Shown here in pieces: positions 47,826-58,254 of a DNA stretch of 58,254 nt. Position numbers and translations under genes: made by a program. Source of the stretch: Hydrurus foetidus (lineage: Eukaryota); NCBI GenBank assembly GCA_900617105.1, contig UYFQ01000055.1, positions 1 through 58,254 of the forward strand. Reading direction: 5' to 3'. The notes beneath the pieces were generated by a model. The model was not told the origin of the DNA, searched no databases, and saw only the letters and a program-made list of their open reading frames with translations. Positions within the stretch are counted from its first letter, which is position 1. Every line of letters starts with the position of its first letter.

Positions 47826-50800
47826 TCAGTAGGGAGTCTCCACGTAGAGGCCGTCTTGGACGGTTCCACGGGTGACCTCCTTTCCATGCTGAGCTACCAG
47901 TGCAATGTAGGGAAGGGCTGATGCAGTCTCATAGAAGCGGAAGTCTTTATGAGTGAAGATGCCGATGAAGTGGTCGTTGGTGACACCGCCAGCGCAGAAC
48001 TGGGAGACAGAGACAAGGGTGCTGTCGCCTAGTGCAGGGAGAAGGAGGGTGCTAAGCTCCAACGGTCCGAGGCTGCCTTGGTGTGTTGGTGTCATGGACG
48101 GACCGAATGCAGGGGTGACTGTGACGGATGTGCTGACAGGTTCAATGCTGGTAAGACGTTGGGAGCGGCCGGTGCCAGAGCGTGAAGCACCAGAGTCGAA
48201 GATGACCTTGTCGGGGACGTGGAACGAGTTGAGTCTCTCATGTTGGGACTTGACGACGAATGTGTTGAGCTTGGAGTCGGAGGTACCGCCGGATGGTGCA
48301 GGAGGGCGAGCTGATGCAAGCGGAGGGCGAGTACTGTTGAAGGCATGTCGGACATTTGTCGAGCGTTGAGATCCGACTGGTGGAGTCATTCGGTGGCGCT
48401 GGGCACGAGGCATAGTGAAAGGCGAGTCGGATGCAAGTGGTTGCGCGGCTTGCCAACGTTTGAGTGACCCGGTAAGAGGGTCAGAGGGTGTCGATGGAAC
48501 AGGTGGTAACGGAGTATTGAACTCCGGAAGCGTAGTGGGAATCGATGTTGAAGGTGAGGCGGAAGAGGATGCTGACGAGGACGAGGTAGTGTCTTGACGC
48601 TTAGTGTCCCCTTGAGCCTGGTCTTTCTGGAATGCGATGCCGCGCTTCCTGGCGTTGTACCGCTGAAGTTCCATGGATGCGTCCGGTGGTACCCATGGGG
48701 ATGCGTCTGATGGAGGGACCATGAGACGTGTGACGGCTCCATGTAGGTAGTTGACATAAGAGAGGGCGCATCGAGGGCCACTGATGTTATGTGTTGGACA
48801 GGACATGTTGTACGGGAGGAAACAGATGGAGTCTTCGACAGAGGACTCTGAATCGCTCTCATAGTTCCGCAAAGTGTATCTTTGGCGTATGTTCTGTGGG
48901 GCTGTAGATGCTGCGAGGTCCCTGGCGAGAGATACTGTGCGGTAGTGTGACTCGGTGGGTTCAACAGGATCGGGTCCGACGAAGAGGCTGTTGGGTGTAA
49001 CATGAAATGCATCGGGTAGGACATGCTGGATTACGACTCGAATAGCTTGGATGAATGACTCGTTCGATCCAGTTCGTGTCATAAGACCGTCAACGTGCGC
49101 ATCAACTTCCGTGAGCATGAGTATGCGAAGAGTGGGAATGTTGTGCCAGGAGTTGCCGGGTGCATTGGCATATCGGGCAAGCTGTGCTGCGACCCAGGAG
49201 GCACAGTCGTAGATGAGGACACTTTCAAATATCGCCATGTGGTCTGGACTGATCTGGTCGTCGAGGTACAGAGCAGTGTGGACGAGGAAGTAAAAGAAAA
49301 TGTTCCCGACTGTGGACTGATAGGTGGTGATGTCTTCAATCAAGGTTGGATTGAAGGTGCGGTAGTGCCCTGGGTCATACTCAAGATTGGGTGGAGTCGG
49401 CGGCTCAGTGTTGGCGAGCAGCAGGTTGCGAGCAATCTTGTGGATGAGGTTCATATACCGAGAGTATCCGTCTCTGACATCAGCGCGGCAGTTGCTGAGG
49501 GTGGTTGGGGATACCCAGCCGAAAATAGCGAGGTATATATGAGGCGCCGGTGTAGGGGATCCAGGCAAGGCGGGACGGTTCACATAGATGATGAAGTCAT
49601 TTGCTGAGAGGGGCTGCTGATGAATGCGGTGGTGGACCACAGTGTAGTACTGAAGGATGTACGTGGAGCATTGTCGGCAGATACCCTGGAAGACAGTGGA
49701 GGAGGTGACTTCGTCATTGGTGAGGAAGGCCCAGGTACGTGTGAAGGCATCGACTTCTTCTTGCATTGGGGTCCCATATGTTGGCGAGGAGATGTTCTGA
49801 TGGCGCGGCGTGTCCCATGCTGTAGCATTCTCTGGGGCGACAGGAGTCGGGGGTACCCAGGAGTACTGGGGTAGATGCTGGTTGAGTATGTTCGGAACGT
49901 ACGTACGGTCGGAGCATTAAGGGAGAGGCGGCATTAGAAGATGGACGAGTTGGAGATCGCAGTGGTGAGTGTCCTGATGGAGGGAGTCCTGGCGGAAGTG
50001 CTAACTCGAGAGGAGGATTAGACGGTGTATCCGGAGGAGGTGCTGGGTCAGTGTCGGTGACTCGGAACATGTTGAGGGAGAAGCGCACATACCCGGAGGG
50101 TTCGGCGTTATCCAAAAGCGTGTTGTTCTGCCATCCGTCCTCAGGGTTGATGTTGGGTCCGTTGGTAAGAAGCTTCATGGGGATGTTGCTCTTGAGGTAA
50201 GGGACGCGGCCATCGATACTCGTCACTGGGAAGGTCTGCTTGGGAGGGTACTTGCCCTTGGCTTTGATCCGGTTCTTGTCCGTGACTGGAGCGGATCCAG
50301 GTGGGGCAGGAGGATGTGCTTTGCCAGAGGGAGGTGTCGCTGCCGGTGGCTTAGCAGGAGCATGATAGTACTTGCACTTGTTACCGAGAAGGCAGGTACC
50401 AGCGAGGAACTTGCGGCAGGCTTCAGGGGTAGTGGACAAGGCAGCTATCTTGACCGGCTTGTCTTGTAGGAGGGCATACTCGGAATAGACAACAGCTCTC
50501 TCCAAAGTTTGGTGATAGGTGAGCATGTTGCTATGGCAGGACATAAAGTAGGATTTGGTGTTGGGGCGGTGGTCGTTCATGAAGGCGTTGTGAAGGAATT
50601 GAAGGCGCTCCTGCTCGGTGCTCGGTCTGGCCTGGGCATACTCGAATTCTGTCATTAACGTTGTAAACCTCACTAAATCCTCTTGAAAACAAGTAGCCGT
50701 GGAGCCCTTGAAGTTTTGTAGAAGCCGCCGAAGTCGGTTGATGTCTGCTTCAGTATGTCCGTAGTAGTGCTTGTGCATACGTTTATAAATAGCGATCCCA

Positions 50801-51493
50801 TCGCGAGAGGTAAAGGAATCGGCACATAGATAGTGGGTAGACTCGCTGAAAGCGTTCAACATGACGTTGTATAAACGTTTCTTGTCGTGGGCCCATCGTG
50901 TAACATCGTCGGCAGGGTACATAATTGAAGGTGCCGTCAAGATTCTCCGACGTTGTAGGCTCCGAGTATCCTGATGGGTTGTGCCTCGTTGGGATTGGCT
51001 CGCGACGCGTGCCCATCGCCATTGGGTAGAGTCCAACGACGTGGAGCATGTTGTCGAGAGCTTTGAAGCGCTTGTTAGATCCCACAGTCGTTGTGGTGAT
51101 CTGGTTTTGCTTGATGCTATCCATTTCTGAAGAGGTCGTCAGAACGAGATCGAGTTTTAGCCGTTTGAGCTCCAAAACGGATTCCAAAGCGGCATTATAT
51201 GATAGCCCATGTTGCTGAAACTTCTGCCGAAGTTTGGCGCGGTGGCGTGGCTTCCTCTGCATGGGAGCCTCGTCGAGGTCGGTTTGGTGTCGAAGGATTT
51301 TGACGATTTGCCGTCGAGCTGGTGACCAAATTTTGAGTTTGGGCTCTTATGGCCTCGGCGACACGTTGATCGAACTCTGCGAGGGTCATGGAGAGCATGC
51401 GCGGCAGCTGGGCGCGGCTGGGAGTCTCTAGCCCAGTTGGGTCATGGTATTCCTCGTTGTTTTGGTCTGTGTTGTCGGACGATCGTAGCATCA
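47826..51493 (-). pseudogene. gag: Copia-C gag-protease (frameshifted)
   Basis: CRKFLAGTCLLGNKCKYYH, IFDSGAS, GLYVETPY-TGA. Confidence 0.85.
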
Positions 51494-52091
51494 TGGCCGA
51501 CTTGAGATATCTGTTGTGATGAGATACCGTTGATATATTGATACTATATCGATGATTGCTGAACTTTCTATGCAATCGCTACCATGTGAGTCAGACTGTG
51601 GAGTGAAGCGAGCTACCTGTTGGCTGCGGAAGCGCAAAGGAAAGACTGGCTGATGGAAGTGGTCTCGGAAGACGTGTTTACTTACAACGATCAAGTAGTA
51701 AAACAACTGGCGATGATATCAGAGAAGACAACCATCAAAGAAGCAAAGCAAAGCATCCATTGTGCATGAAATGGTGATCGCCGAAGTGGAAACATATTCA
51801 GCGAATATTCAAGTTGGCGATTGAGCAATGGGCGGAACCCTCGCTGCTCATGAAATCGGATGCTTGGTGGAAACCGGATACCTGGTGGAAATCCGGATGC
51901 TTGGTGGTGAAAAACCGGATGCTTGGTGATGGCCCCGAAGGGGATATCGCTAGAAGAACGATGAGCGTATGTACACAACAGTGTATGGCGGTGTTTTGGG
52001 TGAGGAAGCGCTACACTACTTGTGACATGTGAATGCTAATCTACAGATGAAACTATGCTAACAGATCATGCATGAATATGCTGGACTGACA

Positions 52092-53975
52092 AATTCTTGC
52101 GTAAAGGCTTATGAATCCAGAGAGAAACATTGTTGGTAGGAAGAATGTTTCTGTGATCAGCGTTTTTAGAAACACAACTTCAAATCGTTGTTTACTTGAT
52201 CCTCTGTTAAGTCTCCAATATAAACACTCTCAGTCGTACAGCCACATTGAATTGCTTGTAAAAGTTTTCGAAAGTTTTCAATTGATTGTTGAACTTCAAG
52301 TTGCATGTGCTCGAGCGCTAATCTGCATCCTTTCAACAATTAAACCATTATCAAAACCCAAACCAACTTTGACAATTGAGTCAGCCAATCTTTGATCAAT
52401 CCCATTTGACTGACAAGAACCTGTTGTGCTTTGCCCAACTTAAATTCACTTCGTCTTCAGCCAGTTGCTGAAACCGTGACCAGCATAAATAATAATTACA
52501 CGAGAAGACAATCAAGTCTCACTTGATTCTGTCTTATCTACAAGCAGTGATCGCCCTGGCTTCGGGGATTTAGAATCTCTGAGGTAAATAAATTTTAGGT
52601 GAGCTGAACTGAAAAGTCTTTGCAAATCGAACATCTATAGCTGCTATCCTTCAACAATATTTGAAGGAAAGGAAACCTAAAAGATCTAGAGGATGAGACT
52701 TTGGATGATCCTATCTTGAACTTAAGGAAAACCATCAGTTCCTAGCCACAAGCAGCGAAATTCAATTTCGCCATTGCACCGATATCGGCGAACTCAATGA
52801 CGCAATCCTGGAAATCAAGAAATCGAACTTGAAATCTCCTCCACGTGATGAGTTCATCGATGCTCCACATCCTGATCGCAATCGTGGGAGAAGGTCGTCG
52901 ATGTTCTTCGGCATGCCGCACTTCCAATCGAGCGTTTTGGAACCACTTCCAGACAACGCCGATAGATCAGATTTGCCGACCAAACCAAATATCCAAGTCC
53001 TCCAAGCTGACATCGTTTATGACAAGGAACTCAAGATCAGTTCTCTAGAGGGCCTCCAGTACCTTTCTCGACAGCTTCAATTGCTTCCCTCCAAATATTC
53101 AGGACGTAAAATCAAAATGGCCGACATGGTTTCATACAACCTGCGCCCTCAGGTCTTGGCATCATGGAACTCACACCAGTATCGAGAGTCAGTTATCACT
53201 GGTGAACCAAACGAGGTCATGGTAGAAGATTGGTTATCTTTAACCAATTCTGAGGTTCAATCTATCCTCATTGAAGCCGCACGACCTCGAACAAAAGAAT
53301 TATATTCCAAGGAGCTTATATTGTTTCTTGGCAAAGGAATACCACAGACACCATCAATCAGCACGGACAACTTCTCCAGCACCTTCTATACCCCTCTCAT
53401 GAAGTCGCTCACCGATTTGCTCCATCTGCATGATCTGATGTCTGAAGAAACCTCAAACCACAGCGCCAACTAATCCAAGATGCCAGTCCAAGTCCTGTCG
53501 TGCCTCACTTTGAGCACGGCCTTCCATTAGTCGAGCCCTAACAAACTTGACCGCTTGTTCTACAGACTTCTTCTTGATAAGCTCGTCTTTGCTGAGCCAT
53601 TGTAAGATGGAGTCTTTCTGAGCACCAAGGGAGATGAGCCACAATGCGATTTGGCCAGGGCTGTCTCTTGTGCCGTAACGCCAGGCTCAATCCTATTCGC
53701 TACGAAGATCTGAGATATACTCAAGGAGAATCTCATACCCGCCATCAGGTATCCAATACAGGCCGCCAGCCATTTGTCACTCCTCGTAAATATGATCAGC
53801 GTCCTCAATCAAACCTTTCGTCGATAGCAACGACTGCTAAGCCACCGTTGCATGCATCCGACAATGCACACAACGATGAAGATCTCGAAGATGAAGATGA
53901 CCTGATTCATGAAGTTCACGAAGACACACCTCAAGATCGTATTGACGAACTAGACCCTGAGGAAGAATCTCTTCT
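52092..53975 (+). mobile_element. Degenerate leader + gag-like fragment with an internal inversion
   Basis: ORF 52829-53473, inverted coding piece 53486-53679, continuation 53680-53975; leader related to 5367-6122. Confidence 0.55.
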
Positions 53976-56900
53976 TGTCAGCTTATATCAGCGATAAGTG
54001 CTATTTATAGCTGTATATAGCCGTTATAATCATCAATATGTAGCTAGGAATATCTCATACGTAAGTACATATATGCAGTTCGTAACTACATACAATGATC
54101 ACTTTAAGTCGCTTCCTCAATGCTTATCGTATCATGTATAGTGTCATTGTTGTGGGTTCATGACCGCATATTTAGTATAGATTCCAGATTTTATGGTATG
54201 AGGGTACGAGAACTTTTCCATGTGTGATGTATGGTTTGAAGTATATCTCGTCGCTCGTCAACGTAGGCTTAAATCTACGAGTTCAAATTCAAATCTAAAA
54301 TGGATGACGAATGAGATCTTATTGACTTGCGGCAGGTAGAATGATGTTCATCATGCAACGTCTTTTCAATTCGCATGTGTTTAGTTTCTAATTCTTAACG
54401 AATATTCGATACTCAACTCCCATAACTTCTTCGCCTGGTCGCTTGTGCTCTTGGCCTTCTGCGACCTCATTGATCGTCCCTGATCAACTGACATGGTAGC
54501 GATTGAAGCCTGAAGACTTCAAAGATAAGTTACCCGATTCCCCGTCCAAAATGATGCGAACAAGATCTGGCGCTGGTGGCGATTCACCCGATGCCGAAGA
54601 TGACTTCAGCGAGGAAATCACCGACGACGGCCCTCCTCCGCCGCAAAATGATATGTCCGACATGGATCCTGCTTTGGAAGAGCAGGTGCTTGAGACCAAC
54701 GTTGACGTTGTGTTTGATAGCTCTGCCTTCCAGGCAGCTGTAGATAGGGAAGTTGCCCGAGTTCTTAGGCAGAGAGAGAATGATGCGAAGGTTGATGCCC
54801 CTTATGGGACAGTCGACATTGCTCTACGGGCGGATCTGCCGTTGCGCGATCAGCCCCACTCTCGAACCCTATTACCTCGGGCGAATCCACCCATTGTGAG
54901 AATGTCCAGCGCGTATATGTCCGAGAATGTTGAACAAAGTAGCATAAGAAAAATCAATCCAATGAATAATGAGGGGGGAAACTCTGGCAAAAATTTTTCC
55001 AACCCTATGAATATTGATCGATTCAGCTACTCCAACAACAATATTTCTCAACAACGACGCGATTCTGATGCGTGGAACCAAAATTATAGTCGGCGCGAAA
55101 GTCCTAGTTGGAATAATAACAATAGTTCTCAACAACAACGCAGTCCGAATAATAACAACACATCTAATAGATCCCAGCAAGAACGTGCGGAAAATATTAG
55201 ACAGTCCTCTTCTCCTCCCAATATTCATGAGTATGAATCTGAGGAAAGCTACAATAGAAGAACGCCAAAACTTCGGCATAGATTAGTCCCTCAGACTACA
55301 TATATCAAAGTTGCGCAAGTCTTCATAAGTGAATGTGAAAAGAACAAGATAGATATGCATACCCCGACAAATTTCGTCGATTACGGGGATTACATGCTAC
55401 ATTAGCCAATGCTGATTTACTTACTCTCTTGACCGGACATCGTCCGCAACCTGTCATAGATCTTGAAGTAAATAAGTACGGTTACTCAGAAAGCCGTGTA
55501 ATTAACATACCTGTTCTTTCCAAACTGATGAGGATTCTTCATCTGTCTTCTCTACGAATAACACAACTCATTTCGAGGACGTTATGTTGAAAGAAGACGA
55601 TGCCTTTAAGTTTAAATATGATAATGAGAGATTGTATTCATTGGTATTCGCCATGTTTCATCAAAATCTTCACCATCATGTTACAATCCAAAGCGAATCC
55701 ACCCGCAATGGGATTAATGCATATCATGATATTCATCAATTTGTGTTCGGTCAGAAGCAAATCGATATTAAGTTCGCCAAACGCGCTCTTGAAAATCATA
55801 AAGTAAATATACATTCTCCCATGCGGACAGAATATTCTCGATGGGAAACCGCGTTCTCTAACCTCGAGCATGCCCAAATGCGGCGCCTAACTGAAGTTGA
55901 AAAAATATCTTGGCTATCAGATCAATTCAAAGATGATCCCAGATCCCAAATACAATCCTGCTTCGTTTCAAGTGCGTCCAGTAATGAATCTTATAGTCTG
56001 ATTATAGAGAAACTTCTCCGTACATACGATCTCATATCCGAAAATATCACATCTCGTGTTGCAAGTTTCGATACCTCCAATATGACTTCCAGTAGTACCG
56101 AGCCTCATATCCTATATCAAAATACTCTTTCAAATTCTAGTGCTCCTCCTCCAAATCTTCCTCTTCAAAACAAGTATAAACCTAATAACAATTATGACCC
56201 CAATAAGTCAGCCAGTCAAAAGAATGCCAAGACTCAACCACCAAAAGTTGACAGTCGAAATAGTGACAAAAAGAGATTAGCTGCCGGAGGCTTCTGTTTT
56301 AAGTTCAATATGGATGTGTGCCCTAAGTCGGCTCAAGAATGTAAATATAAGCATGAAATTATGCCGCAAGACTTTCGACCTCCTACACCTCCTCGTCGTG
56401 ATAATTATCCGGTATCCTCGGCCAAAACCCAACCGGCTAATCCCGTATATCCTAACCCAAGTTTCAAGTTAACTCAAATTCAACTTGATTCTGTGGGACC
56501 TATGTCTGGCAATGCTCATGGCAGATATGCTGGCGGATATTCTCAAAATCAAATTAAGAAATTAAAGACTTTGGAAGAGGTACTAAATCAAGCCACTACA
56601 CCCACTGAGCATCGTGTTCAAGCGTTCTCCAGTTGGGGCAATCCATCTCAGCCTGCATATACAACGCATGGTGAGAAAGCAAATACACTAATGAGAATTC
56701 GAATCGACCCGAATAATCAGCGTATATTAAAGACGCAACGGTTAGATAATTCTTGTCATAATAAAGATTATTCAAATAAGATTACAGAGAATGATTTAAA
56801 AAACAATCAGAGATGTTTACTTCAAAATGTAAATAATGAATACTCCGCATGCACCATCCCTCTTCGCGCTATTATTGCGTCGATACTTCTAGCCGAACAA

Positions 56901-58254
56901 TATTACGTCTTTCACAGACATGTTCCGCACTATAATAGAACTGATCCTTCAGTATCGATTACACCATTCCATTTCTTGTGGAAACGTACACGTACTATCA
57001 AAGATAATCAAGAACGTGATAATCAATATACTGACATCTTTCAATGGCATTCGAATCCTATGGCGCGTAAACGTAAAGACATACGTGATCGTACAGTCCC
57101 ATGGATGCATCTGATGTATTGTATTGCATCTACATTAATGCAATCAATAGTCATCCTTCCTTCTGCTGAAAAAGTGGCCTCATCACGGCACTTCATGACA
57201 TTCAACCCTTATGCTGCCAGCAGAGAGTACTATCTCACTTCACTTCGCATCGGACATTTCTGGTCCCAGATGACTACTGTGAGTGAATATGTTGAACTCA
57301 TTCGACGACTCGAGCAGAGTGCTCATCACAACACTGTTAATCATAACATGTTGTTCGTTGACACAGTAATACATGCTGTTATCCTTGACTTCATGGCATT
57401 TGCCGGTCAACATTTAGGTTACTATCATGATCAGTCTACACCACGCAAGGAAGATTTCCTTCGTCGTTTTCTATTCAATGATATCGAAGAACAAACAGAA
57501 CCTTCATTCTGTTATAATGGAATCAAAGCAACTTTTCATCTCATTGCCCGATTAATCAAACCCATCAAAGATCCCATCAAACGAGCTCTCTCTTCCGCAT
57601 TAACAAAAAAGTTGATGAATGTCTATCTGTTCAAGAGCGCCCTATCGATGGTACTAGCTTTCGTCCTAGAAATGAACCTCTCATTAGAGTCATTTACTCG
57701 CGCGCAGATTCTCCTAGTTTAGCAAACGAACCATCGGATCAAATGCGTCACGGGTCCCACTCAAGTCCACGTGGTTTACAACACTACGATGATGATGATA
57801 ATCTTAGGCACGATGATACAAGTAGTGGTAGTGACAGCGGTCCTGAAAGTGAGCCTAGTCCTGTTCTTTCCCCTTCACAACGTGTACACATCCCTAGCCC
57901 CATTCCCCCACCATCTCGTTCAATATATCGACCTGATCCAGTATATGAGTCTCCTGCTCTTATTGGCGAACGTCGTATCATCGACTATGATGCATATTGT
58001 CAAACGTTAACACGACTTCGGAGTGATAACGACCTCAATGATTACTTCCACAGTGACGTTGAATCTGTTGAGTTAAGTGACGATGAACAAGAAGTAATGA
58101 ATAAATGGTCCAAAAATATAAGTGATGATGACGAAAATAATCCAGAAACTCCTCAAGAACGTAATCAAAGGTATCGAAATATGTTAATAGAAACAATGTC
58201 AAAATATACAAAAAGGAAATATGATACAGTAAATAGTGCAAAAAGAGAGTCAGT
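53976..58254 (+). mobile_element. Copia-D 5' part: LTR 53976-54493, PBS 54494-54505, frameshifted gag
   Basis: TGTCAG…CTGACA LTR, TGGTAGCGATTG PBS, gag homologous to A and C. Confidence 0.85.
54551..57722 (+). pseudogene. gag: Copia-D gag with CCCH finger and extra domain
   Basis: CFKFNMDVCPKSAQECKYKH; FMTFNP; AVILDFMAF; split across ORFs 54503-55405 and 55584-57722. Confidence 0.8.

Larger units (their letters stand above)
44241..52091 (-). mobile_element. Copia-C, full-length with two LTRs
   Basis: LTRs 51585-52091 and 44241-44748 differ by ~1 substitution and 1 indel; PBS 51573-51584; PPT 44749-44757. Confidence 0.95.

Overview
Eukaryotic transposon cluster (the hAT gene has spliceosomal GT-AG introns) with no host genes. 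It is a nested or recombined pile of LTR retrotransposons: three Ty3/Gypsy chromovirus pieces plus further gag-like fragments, and four Ty1/Copia families, labelled A (three copies), B, C and D. It also holds an intron-containing hAT transposon and a degenerate Sola-like DDE transposase. Most notable: (i) Copia families A, C and D form an unusual clade with TGTCAG LTR ends, a shared PBS TGGTAGCGATTG, a CCCH zinc finger instead of the CCHC knuckle, and an extra ~230-aa conserved domain in Gag. In A and C a single in-frame UGA sits at the identical position between protease and integrase, inside a predicted hairpin. (ii) Copia-B has an in-frame UAG plus a stem-loop/pseudoknot between gag and protease, and a non-tRNA PBS complementary to its own LTR (Tf1-like self-priming geometry). 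No complete element shows a matching TSD and one segment looks mis-polished, so assembly artefacts must be kept in mind.
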